From contig FLMG01000549.1 in the NCBI GenBank assembly GCA_900088475.1, positions 70,157 to 134,156 on the forward strand: DNA of 64,000 nucleotides, read 5' to 3'. Source of the stretch: Hyphochytrium catenoides (taxonomy: Eukaryota > Protista > Hyphochytriomycota). Below the pieces are notes generated by a model. That model saw only the letters and a list, made by a program, of their open reading frames with translations, was not told the DNA's origin and ran no database searches. Of the stretch, positions 52,883 through 64,000 are shown piece by piece (within the stretch, counting starts at the first letter, position 1; every line of letters begins with the position of its first letter). Both the position numbers and the translations under genes were made by a program.

Positions 52883-54374
52883 CTAGCCCCATTTTTTCCA
52901 CGTCATACCATCTGGAGCGACTCTCTCCTCTTCATAGTCCTTCTCCTTAACTTCATTCCAGTTAGTTGACAGCACCGTGCCTCCTGATGTTTGCTGTTCA
53001 AAACATGTGATTCATGCAGATCGAACACAGAAAGGATGGAGAGAATCTATGACTTACGAATGACTTGATCATTGCTCTCCTCGTATCTTCATTTGCTTTC
53101 GAGTAAATGTCCTTGAAGAGCTTCTGCAAAGCCTCTTCTCCTTCGGGCTTCTCTGCCTCCAGCTCCTTCTCTATCTCATGGTCTATGCGTTCCCAGTCGC
53201 GATGCGTGGCGTATGGACGCGGAAGAGCCGGTTGTGATCCCGCACCAGCCCCAGAATCTGCTGCTTGAGATAGTGGTGACACTAAGTTGTTAAGCGGTTA
53301 CTCCCATGTCTTTGCGAGAGTTACCTTTCCTGGCATTCCCCACAAGATCTGTCCAATGTTTGGGGCTAGATTTTTTGAGTCGTAGCTCTACCTTTAAGGG
53401 GGTGAAGCGGACAGTACTCTCTGAAGGTTTGATAGTGTCAAAAAGCCGAACACTTAGTGCCTTCACAAGTGCTCCATCCTTTGGAACCATCACCAAGACC
53501 TACGCCCGTCATCAGGTTAGGTGCCAGACAGGGAGAGTCACACGGATAGAGTCACTCACCGTATCTTCCTCAATTTCGACTTTAGACTCAGCCTCAGCGA
53601 CGTTCTTCTGCAAAATGGACACAGTTACGACTGTGTCGCTCTGATACCAATTATACCTACACCAGTCAGCGTTAGCGAACAAAATCAATGACGTGCCGCA
53701 AGTTGCGGAGCCCTACTTTATGGAGGATGGCAAGGAAGGCGCTGCGGGTGCCTTATTGGGTGGCTGCCTGCTGTTAGATGAAGCAGAAGGTGGCACAGAA
53801 GTGGGTGCGACTGGTGCTGCAGCTGCTCTCGCAGGAGCTGTGGTTGGGCCTAGATCTAGAGTGCTAAGTTAGATACCAAAGCTGTGGATATCTACAAAGA
53901 AGTTCAAACTTGCCTTCCAGTTCCGCATCACACTTCCGAATCCACTTCCTTACACTAGCTTCCAGGGTCTTCTGACTAGCACTGGATGCGTCCCACGCCG
54001 TCACCTGGGCGAGTGAACTCTCAAAGGACGCCTTCGCTGATCTATAGTTTTCTAATGAAAAAGCCGCAAGGCTGCGGGCACAAACAGATGTCAGGGATAC
54101 GCCCTTAATGGTAAACCATGCATGCATACCCTTGTCGATAAAGAGTGAGGGTATCATTGGGAATTATTTTCAGGGCTTCGTCGCAATCCCGGAGGGCTTC
54201 TTCGTACAGCTGCGACTGAAGATATGCGGCCGCCCTTCTACTGTAAATGGCTGCATCAGCAGGCTGAAGTGAGCCGGAAAGGTTTGCTGTATAGTCCGCG
54301 ATGGCTTCGTCATATCTGCCGTCAAGAGCCAGAGCGTCTCCACGGTAGTAAGGAATCTGCGTGCTGCCCTCCAT
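52883..54374 (-). CDS. SUGT1: SGT1 co-chaperone (TPR-CS-SGS, multi-exon)
   Basis: TPR exons ending WIRKCDAEL; CS domain [14 protein letters not shown]...KVELRLKK; SGS domain [49 protein letters not shown]. Confidence 0.96.
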
Positions 54375-55105
54375 GATGGCAGTGGTGAAATGGGTCTCTT
54401 TCGATGGATGGGTGTCTTCTTCACGAATAACACACAGCTACGCAACTAAGTAGCCTCACCTCTGGGGCAATGCCAATCTCACTTTTATCGTCCCCAGTGC
54501 GCTTCCCGATAAGCAGCAGCTATATGGAGATTTGTGACCCGGCGCCGCTGTGATCGCGACGGTTGAACAAGTCAAGAACGACCTCTGTCTACACTCTCAT
54601 CCAGAGCTCAGTCATCAAAGGACAGGGAGGAGCTCTTACCTTCCAAGACAGAAAGAAAGAGCCTTGGATTTCTCGATGTTTCTCTTCCTTTCTCACAACT
54701 CCAGCAGAAGATCACCATGTGGATCTATGAGGATTGGTTACTACATCAAAAGGATTATGATCTTCCTGGTCAAGATCCAGCTGCTCTCACATCAGAACAC
54801 ATGCCAGAACCCAGAACCCACCCCAAACTCTTGAAGATCTCTAGGACTTGTAAGTTGCTGAGGTCGATTCTGCCACTGCAACAGCAAGCTCCGAGTAGCT
54901 TATGAAGAGTGGTTTAGAGTTGCCCTGCGATGCTAGCTTCACCTCTCAGCAACAGCGCCACAGCCAAGGGCGAGCATCATAGGTCTTGAAGCCTTGGTCC
55001 CATTATCTCCCCGGGAGGCTATGGCAGCCAGTAGTAGCCATCCCCAGCCAACGTCGAACCCCGACTTGAGTTACTACCAAACAGCAAGAAGCGTGAGAGT
55101 GGAGA

Positions 55106-56403
55106 ATGGGAAGATCTTCCAGTGGAGTGCCAGCTATCCTTGTTGGCTCTATCGCACTCCTTGCTGTATATACTTTGCATAGTTTCTTGACTGATTGGAA
55201 TGTAAAGTCATCAATCTCCCGAGAGGACGAGGATGAAGAACAAGGAGCGGGGGCAAAAGAAGTCGAAGAGGCATCAAACACCGATCCTGCGGAGCCCCTC
55301 ACTTTGGAAAGAGCTTCTGAAGCGCTAAAGGATGATGATCACGCACTAGTGAAGGAAGCGCTCATGAGATTGGTCACGTTGTCCAGCTATGGTGAGCTCA
55401 AAAGCTAGCGGTTCTGCTTCCATAGGGCTTATGTACTAACACGACGTGGTTTTAGTTAAGATACAGGAATATTTGAGGGACTCTGGACAGCTTGAGCAGC
55501 TGATACGTCTACAATCATCAACTGATATGACCATCTCATATAATGCTGCTTGGGTGTTGGCTAACTGCACCATGAACGGTGAGTGCGATGTCGATTGAGT
55601 ATCTTTCATACTGCTTAGGGTCGCACTGGTCAGCAAAAAGCCAAGCGTATCTTATGGAGCAGACGCCTTATGGCAAGAGCCTAATGAGGATCATATTGAA
55701 ATATCCCCTGGACAGACGGCAACTTAGTCTTTCACCAGACAGTGAGCTGCTGAGAAAGAGAATGGAAATGGCACTTCGAGCCACAGGGAACCTCTGTATG
55801 ACCGGTACTATTTTATAGACCTTCCTTCTCTATCTTTCGATGAGACCCATGGCTGAAACGCTGACTATTTTTGCCATCCAGAGCACAATGCGACGATTTT
55901 CTTAAACGGAGGCGTTCTAGAGTCACTCTCATGCCTCTTGACTGAGGATGTCATGCGGATGCCCTCTCTGGCTTCACAAGTGCTGGCAGTCCTTGGCAAT
56001 GTTTCTTATGAAAGTGCGTCTTCTCTCTACTGAACTTCGAGCCTGCGCATCTCACGCTGACAATGATCGGCAGGTGCACATCACAAGGATCGCATCATAT
56101 CGTCTCAGGTCATTCCGAGGCTATCCGACTTACTAAAGAATACAAGCGACGCCAGGACCCTGGAAAGATGCAGTAGATGTCTTGCAAACTTTGGACATAA
56201 GGGTGAGTGCCGCTCATAGCGAACTTTCTCCAATGTAGCAATGGCCTCATTATCTTCGCACGACTCAAGGAGGCATATTGCTACAGACTCACCTGGAGAT
56301 CCAGGAGGCCGTGCAGATACTGAACAAAGTCTCTGACGCAGACGCTGGACATTCCATGCTCAAGCTCGTCCAGATTTTAGAAGAGCAACAGATCCACAAA
56401 TAA
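55106..56403 (+). CDS. Armadillo-repeat protein with N-terminal TM anchor (multi-exon)
   Basis: N-terminal hydrophobic VPAILVGSIALLAVYTL, acidic linker, then ARM-like helices NAAWVLANCTMN, MALRATGNLCM, QVLAVLGNVSY and RCSRCLANF. Stop TAA at 56401-56403. Confidence 0.7.
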
Positions 56404-56489
56404 CTGTAAAGAATCGCATCGTATTATAGAGACTGGCGGCCTGATACCAGCCAGAACATAGTGTACAATAATAGCAAGTAAAGACAGCC

Positions 56490-57071
56490 CTAACCGTTGC
56501 CTGCTGCGGAAATCTGGTCCATTGTGTTAGACAAGGATGGAGAGGGAGTTCAACTGATGCACGTACCCTGGGAATATCGTTATGCTCTGTGAGTGTGGAG
56601 AGATAGCGATTGTATTCCTGCGGAGGACCATGTCAGCATCTGCTTGGGGCCCACTATTTAGTATTGATCTCTTACGTCTACGCGTTCCCGGTAAGTCTTG
56701 CCTGACACGCTCTTCACAATCTTTGCAGTCTGTCGGGGGAAATAATCAAGGAGGCATATCTCAGCAAGTGCGCCATTCAGATGGCCTAAGATATTCCTTA
56801 CCACAATTTTGTCAACAACCTCCTGATGCTTTTTCTGGTGCTCCGTGACGTCAAACTCTTCTATCTCTACTTCCTGCTTCTTATTGGAGTCAAGTTCCAC
56901 CTCTTCAGCTTCGCGCTTTCTCTTCTTCTTCTTCTTGCTGGAAAGAAGGTCAGCACCGGCAGGGGCAGCAATGCAAAGACGTTGCACATCTCACCTTTTC
57001 TTTTCCTTAAGAGGCTTCATGCCCTTCAGCTTCAGCTTTCCCTTCATTACATTTGTATACTCCTCCGACAT
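56490..57071 (-). CDS. FAM32A: FAM32A-like splicing factor (multi-exon)
   Basis: MSEEYTNVMKGKLKLKG, K-rich tract, KTYRERVD|EYNRYLSTLTEHNDIPR|ISAAGNG*, matching the FAM32A pattern. Confidence 0.88.
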
Positions 57072-57627
57072 TCTATCTTCCAAAGCGAACAACAGACCCG
57101 CTCGTATACCTCTTATCGATGACTTTATTGAACCTCACCACACTCTTAATGTTTGAGACTGCCTCTACTGTCTAGCTTGTGACACTCCTTTGTCGACGAT
57201 CTCGTCGAGACTGTGGGGAATGTCCATGAAGGATACAAAGTCCCAGCACCATCGTCGTCAGCTTGCCTCATTGACCGAAACTTCCAGCCCTTCCTCTCAC
57301 AGAGATTATTGCGTTCTTCCTACACAGACGCACACAAGGCAGGAGAATCGATTATCATTCCTCTCTGATCTACGACTGATTCTTGCATGCCCAGGTTGAA
57401 GTGAGTTGATCACTGCTGCCGCCGCACAAGTGTCAAGAGTCAAGAGCTTCGTCCTTGTGTGAATCTTCCTTCTGGACTAGTGACGGCTGATAGACAACAG
57501 GCAGGAGAGACGTAGCCGGGAGGGTGGATAAATTCTATTGGAAGGGGCGACAGATGTTAGCCGCGTGTTAGTTTAGCGAAAAGCTGCGGTAAGCTGCACT
57601 GACGGCCATTACAAGGTAAAGAGGCAA

Positions 57628-59446
57628 ATGCGAGGACTTAGAAATTCGCTCTATCGCCTGGCGGCCCTTATAAGTGTGCTGTCTCTCGGCTGGAAGAACT
57701 GTAAAGCAGAGGTAGGTTGATCGGTCCGTGGCCTCGTAGGGCGCTCTCCGCCCAACTGATAACCTGCGGAAGGAGAACACATGCAAAGAAGAAGAGCAGT
57801 GTCAAGAAAGATTGATACCGAGCGCCCAAGAGAGAGGGTTGGTGTCCGAGGTCATTGACGTCCGAACGATTCTTGAGGTATGGAAAATAGGCGAGAACCC
57901 AAGCCGTAGCCTCTTACTCACTGAAGGTTGTACCTCTCTCCCCTCGTTAGGAGCACGCTAGGTATAGTTCCAATCTGTCTCTCCGGGCCTCCAATCTCAA
58001 GGTGTTGGGTTACGTCACGCCCTGGAACAACAGTAAGCTTGTACACACTTTGGGCTCCACTTCTGGTCTCCATGGAGCTGTTAGGGTGGTCCTAATTGGG
58101 TACTGCACCACTCAGAGGGCTATGACTATGCCAAGACTTTTCGGTCGAAGTTAGCGTTTTTCAGTCCCGTCTGGTACCAGGTATGAGACCCGTACTGGCT
58201 TATGTGGAAGTGAATCGGTATTCATCATGCCTATATGAAAGATCAGGCGAGATGAAAGCGGAAAGGCCATCCTGACGGGAGGACATGATGTGGACAGGAC
58301 GTGGTTGGACACAGTCAAAGGAGGAGGCGAAGCTCCCAAGGCCGTGCCGCGCTTCATGTTTGAGCTGCATAGTCTTATACCGGAGGTTGAGCTAGCTCTA
58401 GAAATAGCGCTCTGGTCTAGAAGGGTTGTTGAAAATTTTTTGGCTGGCTGCTATAGGACCTTCAAAGGATACCGGAGCTGCTTAGAGATGAATGTGTTCT
58501 CCAAGGTTATGATGGAGCTGTCTTGGAGGTAACCTTCCCGTCATCTCTTAGACTGCGGTGGTTGTTCCGGCACCACAATCACATCTGATGATGATGTAAG
58601 TGTAGGTGCCTATCGTAGACGTGACCCTGCCACTGATACATGCAGTCGGGAAAGCACTTCATAGCGCCAGGTCCAGACTAGATCTGATTCTAGTTCTTCC
58701 TCCAAACAGTCGGCTAGATGCCTCTGCGCCTCCGGCCGGGCAGGACATAAGTTCAGACATGCTGCAGAGGTAAGCAAGACTGGAAGGCGTGCAAGATGAT
58801 CGAAGGCTCTTCAGGTTCACAAACCAATCTCAGGTTATCCGAGGACGTCGACCTCTTCTCTTTAAACGCCTATGACAATTCTAGAGGCAAGCATCTTTCG
58901 CTAAACGCCCTTAGAGCTCTCGTCACTTCACTAGTGGGAACAGGCGATAGGTCTGAAAAGGTGACGAATGAATGCCTCTCCAAATTGCTGGTGGGCTTGC
59001 CCTTCTACGGCTTCCACAATGGAGGTAGTCGCATTTGATATATAGCACCTGTAACTATGCCTAATCACTAGCCACAGTACCCATTGTCGCCCGTGAATAC
59101 CTTGAGATTTTGGCGGAGAAGCTTCCAACTTGTAGCTATCTAAGGAGAATCCAGGTAACTATTTTTACCTAGCAGACTCCTTTTCATTGAAGCTCAGACT
59201 AGCTCCTTGCTGGAATTCCTAGCAACATGTATGTGTTTATCAGGAGGAGGAGGGACATAAACGTAGAGTTTATTTCCCTTCCCTTCTCTTCATTGAGAAG
59301 CGCCTGAAGCTATTCGAGGAGCTAGGAGTAGGTGGTGTGGCTATCTGGGAGCTGGGCCAAGGTATGGGCCTCTTTTGATGCTATCCCTCATTATCTACAG
59401 CTCACCGGTGTGCTTAGGGCTCCCAATCTTCTTCGACATGCTATAG
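57628..59446 (+). CDS. CHID1: Chitinase domain-containing protein 1 (GH18-like, catalytically inactive type; multi-exon)
   Basis: Signal-like N-terminus; VLGYVTPWNN.GYDYAK.F..K....SPVWYQ, GGHDVD..W, YDGAVLE (no DxDxE), FSLNAYD, LLVGLPFYG, GVAIWELGQG...FFDML*. Confidence 0.9.
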
Positions 59447-59765
59447 AGCAACACGGGAAAAGTCTAGATGAAAAGGGAGCCAAGGGCCCCCTTGCTTGGG
59501 ATTGGAGTATGACGGGACTGCATAAAGATGTGGTTTGCCTCAGTAACAATTAGAGGAGAGGAAAGCAAAGCTATGCCAATGGTTGTGTTTCTGTTGCGAT
59601 TGCACGACATAGTAAAGAGGAAGACAGGTCGTGGCAAGAGACCATCAGCTCTTGACAGCTCAAAACTCAGAACCATAATTAACCAGGTACATTAACCACA
59701 TTTTGCTAGCCATATCTGCAATCTTCTTCCAATACCCAGAACCCTCCAGGCCCTCCTAACCTATG

Positions 59766-62700
59766 CTATAAACCGAAGAGACTGTAGCCGCACTTGGCAA
59801 CTTCGGCCAGGATAAGCGTTAGCAGACTGCCGCTCACCGCAATCAAAACCTGCCAGTAGGGAATGCGGACAAAGCCAAACACGTCCGCAATAGGTCCCAC
59901 CACGATAAGGAAAGTTGTAATGCAGACAGAGGCGAACGCAGCGCCGAAAAGGAACTTGTTCTCGAAGAACTTGTGCCAGAACGGCTTACGAAAGTTTCGC
60001 ACAGTGAAGGAACGAAGAACCTCGGCCATCGTGATGGCAATAAATGTCGCGGTCCTTGCATGAGCAATGCCGTCCCCTGCACACTTCTTCTCACTGATAT
60101 CATACTGCGGCCCGCCCTCGACGCTATCGCCCACCGTCTGCCACCCGGTAGACGGAGACCAGCGATCACACACTGGGGCGTAGTCTGGATCTTCCACGCG
60201 CTCGACATCAATCATCTCCTCTTGAAAGATAGTGCCTATGGACAGATTTATAATCACTGCGTAAACAGTAAACGAGCAGCCAAAAATGATAATGGCATTG
60301 AGAATCAAGCCAATCCACATTAGCTTTCCGTTGATAATGTACTGGTCCTTCGGACGTGGCTTTTCTTTCATGATGGAATGATCCCCCTTCTCCAAGCTTA
60401 GTGCCACCGCAGGCATACCGTCAGAAAGTAGGTTAAGAACCAAGATCTGCAGGGGCTCCAAAGGGATGGGCATCCCTATGGCCACAGTCACCAGGATAAG
60501 CAAAATCTCCCCAAAATTGGTAGAGAGAAGGAACACGACAAACTTCTGGATGTTCTCGTAAATAATCCGTCCCTTCCTAATGGCGCTCACTATGCTGCAG
60601 AAGTTGTCGTCGGTCAAAATCATGTCCGAAGCGCCCTTAGCAACCTCCGTTCCAGTTATTCCCATAGCAACACCAATATTAGACTCCTTAAGTGCCGGAG
60701 CATCGTTGACTCCGTCACCAGTCATAGCCGCACAAAGCCCTTGGCGTTTGAGAGACTTAACGATTTCCAACTTGTCCTCAGGACGTGCCCGAGCAAAGAC
60801 CGCTGTTCTACTAGTAAGTTCGTCAATTTCGTTCTCGGGCAGGTAGCTTCCCTTCGGACGCAGCTCAGAACAATCGCACGCTGATAGCTCCCCAAGCTCA
60901 ACCTCGTCCACCGACGCATCCGCGATAGGCTTCAAGAGGCCAATGTTTCTAGCGATAGCGACAGCAGTCTTCACGTAGTCACCTGCATTCGATAACTTAG
61001 TGCAAGCATAAAAGGTAAAACCTCACAAAAAGAGTAATGGTTATTACCTGTGATCATCATAGTGCGGACGCCGGCCTCACGTGCTTCTTGAATTGCTTCC
61101 TTAACACCATCTCTCTCAGGATCAATGGAGGCAAAGAGTCCCGCAAGGATAAGTTCTCCAGAGACCAGCGACGTCATTTTAGCATCAGTGCTCACATCCA
61201 CACCGCGATCAGTTTCTGCTTGCCATGGGACACCGTTGAAAGGCTTGTACGCCACAGCTAGCACACGCAATGCCTGATCTGACATTTGATCAACAAATTC
61301 CATCACCCTCATTCTCTCTTCGGCGGTGAGTACTTTAACGCTTCCATCAGTGTCCACAAACTTCCTAACACTTTGAAGCACGACATTAGGCGCACCCTTG
61401 ACGATTCCCGCGTAGCGAGCCCCCTCACCAAGAGAGAGCATACCAAGAAGAGTGTGATTTTCCCCAGCTTCCACCAAAACTCCCATCATCTTCCGGCTAC
61501 TTGAGAAGGGGACCTCAGTCACCCGCATGTGCATGCTATTGACATCCGAGGACCCGATTCCGACCTTTGCCGCGCAAACGACCAAGGGAGCCTCGGTAGA
61601 ATTACCGATGCAGGACCAGGTGACTTGACCCTTTTCGTCCGTCTCCTGCTTCAGTGTAGTGTTTGAGCAAAGAAGAGCCATAGAAAGAAGAGATTTCAGC
61701 TGAACCGTCAGAGCCATTTCCTCCTCGTCATCTGTGGACTCATCAGGGAGAATCTTTCCTATAGGGTTCATTCCCTTGCCTGTGACGCGGTACTTGTTGA
61801 AAGCTCCCCAGATCTTCACCGCCGTCATATTTCCTTGAGTCAAAGTACCAGTCTTGTCAGAGCAAATGACGTTCGCACTGCCAAGAGTCTCTGTTGCCGC
61901 CAAACGCCGAACAATGACATGCTCTTTAACCATTTGCGAGGTGCCCACAGTAAGACAAATGGTTACAACCATTGGTAGTCCTTCAGGAATAGCTGAGACG
62001 GCCAAAGAGACGGAGACCATGAGCATGGACATAGCGACGGACTGGTCTGGACGTTGAGGATCCTTGACGTTACGCACAACACCGATGATAAAGACAACAA
62101 GAGCGCAACTAATGGCGGCTACTCCCATAAAAGCTCCTAGACGATGTAGAGCTCTCTGCAGTGGAGTTTCGCTGGCTTTCTGCTCTATAAATGGCTCTTT
62201 CACGCGGTGAACGAAGCGCCCAAAGGTGGACTTTGGTTGCTCATCTTGAGCCTGTTTGCCTTTGAGAAGACGTGCAATTTTGCCCACCTTCGTATTCATT
62301 CCAGTTTCCACCACAAGAGCCCTAGCCTTGCCTTCCGTTACGGTGGTGCTTGAGAAGCACATGTTAGACGGAGTAAGCTTGCCATCATCTGCACCTTCCT
62401 TAAGGGTCTTAGCCTTCTTGTTGACGTCCTTTGACTCTCCAGTCAACAGCATCTCATTGACAAGGAGGTCATTGCTCTTGATGAGGAGAATGTCTGCAGG
62501 GATAATGTCCCCTGCAATCAGCTGCACAATATCTCCAGGTACAAGCTGATCGGTGTCCAAGACCATCTCAGCGCCATCGCGAATTACAATGCACTTGGGA
62601 GAAGAGAGTTTGGATAGGGCAGCTAAAGCATTACCGGCCTTGCGTTCTTGGAAAGTTGCTATCGTCGCATTTAGCGTGATGATAATGAGAATGGCTATCC

Positions 62701-63217
62701 CCTCAGCTGTATGCTTAATGGAGAATGCAGCGATACTCGCCACGATAAGCAGCATGACGATAAGATTCGCGAATTGCATAAGGAAGACAGTGACCAAGCT
62801 TCTTGGCTTTCCCGGATCCAAGCTATTTGGTCCATGCTCGACAAGCCTCCGCTCGGCTTCGCCGCAGGAGAGACCAGTGTCGAGGTTGGTGTCAAGCTTG
62901 CGAGCCGCATCTTGAGGCTCATAAGTTTGCCAGCGGCGGAATCGATGTTCATCGTCTAGGTTAGACTCCGTTTCCTCACGAACAGACTCCTCATAATCCA
63001 CCTTGGTAAGTGTTTCCCTTGTCTTGAGGGCGTCCTCAGTAAGGGCAAGCTCAACTCCAGAGAGATTACGCTTGACATGGTTTTGCTCATCCTCAGCCAC
63101 TAAGTGACCAACAGAGTGGAGAGAGTGGGCGCGAGAATCCCTATTTCCAGACTTCTCGAAGTCTAGTTCCTTGTAGTGGCATCCAGCATCTTGCTCCTCG
63201 TGCTGGGTTGTCTTCAT
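59766..63217 (-). CDS. Type II P-type cation ATPase, ATP4-like (putative Na+ efflux pump; 1 intron near 60985-61048)
   Basis: LTGES, PEGLPMVVTI, CSDKTGTLT, KGAPN, DPERDGV, MITG|D, MTGDGVNDAPAL, NIQKFVVFLLSTNFGE, LNLLSDGMPAVALS. Substrate inferred. Confidence 0.93.
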
Positions 63218-63388
63218 CACCAGATCTAATCTTCGATTAGACAAGCGCTTCAAGAATGAGCCAATAATCTCCTTGAACTAAAACAGAGACAAATGAAGAC
63301 AGTCTGAAAGAGACTATCGGACAGTTTGGGCTGCAATCGAGAACTAATTGCAAAATGAGACCTTTCTCCCCGAGAATCGGCGCTGGCA

Positions 63389-63469
63389 GGAACCATTGGT
63401 GAAAAAGAGACCACACTCACACATTTTCCGACCCACGACCTGGAACCATTGGTGAAAGAGAGCACACTC
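63389..63469. repeat. Imperfect 28-30 bp direct repeat (ggaaccattggtgaaa..agag..cacactc) upstream of the ATPase
   Basis: Copies at 63389-63418 and 63442-63469, read directly. Confidence 0.8.
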
Positions 63470-64000
63470 TGTCTGGCATGAAGGCTCTAAGGGATTTAGG
63501 GAATCAATATGTTGAGGTCTAGAGATAGGTGCTCCCCACTCCTCACCACTATGACAAGGTGGAGGTTCGGTTCAGCTTTCTGTGAGCTCCTCAAACGTCA
63601 TCCCATCTGTAGAAGGGTTCCTGATGATACCGGATAGATTAGGAAGTTTTGCACCAATATCACAGATTATCAGTGAGGCATGGAGGCATCAAACCATACG
63701 TTATGCAGAACTGCTATGGGAAAAGGCTCAACCTCTGAAGGACAAAGAAATGGGAGAAGGGCAGAAGGGTCATCTTGAGGCCTGTGTGGTGAAGGTGCTG
63801 TACTCTGCCACAAAGGGCATTATCTTAGGCTTCGACCGGTGAAGGAATCTGTCGCTTATATTATTACTCCCCAGAAAGGCCATCCATAAGAACCCGAAAC
63901 TTGGAAGCACCTGTGCCCTGATAATGGCCGTTTGCGGCCTCGTATGGAAAAGTTTGGTCTGATGGCACCTGGACACATGTCTCTTCCCCAAAATAAAGTC

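Noticed and set aside
57628-59446. Loss of the GH18 DxDxE catalytic motif
   Set aside because: This is the normal state for the CHID1 family and is not novel.
63389-63469. Repeat-spacer-repeat as a possible CRISPR remnant
   Set aside because: Only two imperfect copies, eukaryotic context and no cas genes.

Overview
Gene-dense eukaryotic nuclear DNA with short GT-AG introns (mostly about 50-300 nt) and about 22 protein-coding genes. There is no rRNA, tRNA or CRISPR array. Gene content suggests a stramenopile, probably non-photosynthetic (inference): mitochondrion-targeted PHGDH, an oomycete-like GH72, a SAR-type DIX-domain protein, an ATP4-like P-type ATPase, and no plastid-type presequence on transketolase or DAHP synthase. 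Most genes are housekeeping: CUL4, transketolase, WDR25, a dynamin-related protein, AFG2, eIF3m, DAHP synthase, kinesin-6, ORMDL, SGT1, FAM32A and CHID1. The most notable items are: (i) an intronless kinase combining a mitochondrial-type presequence, a TM anchor, a CAMK domain, an EF-hand and two cNMP-binding folds; (ii) a multi-TM protein ending in a PARP-like ADP-ribosyltransferase domain; (iii) a bacterial-type cupin that carries one spliceosomal intron; (iv) a DIX-domain protein with a DPF motif; (v) head-to-head PHGDH paralogs; (vi) a 123-bp foldback element; and (vii) ten consecutive genes in strictly alternating orientation. Exon boundaries were read by eye and family assignments come from remembered motifs, not database searches. 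I found no clearly new multi-gene system; the novelty candidates are single-gene architectures.
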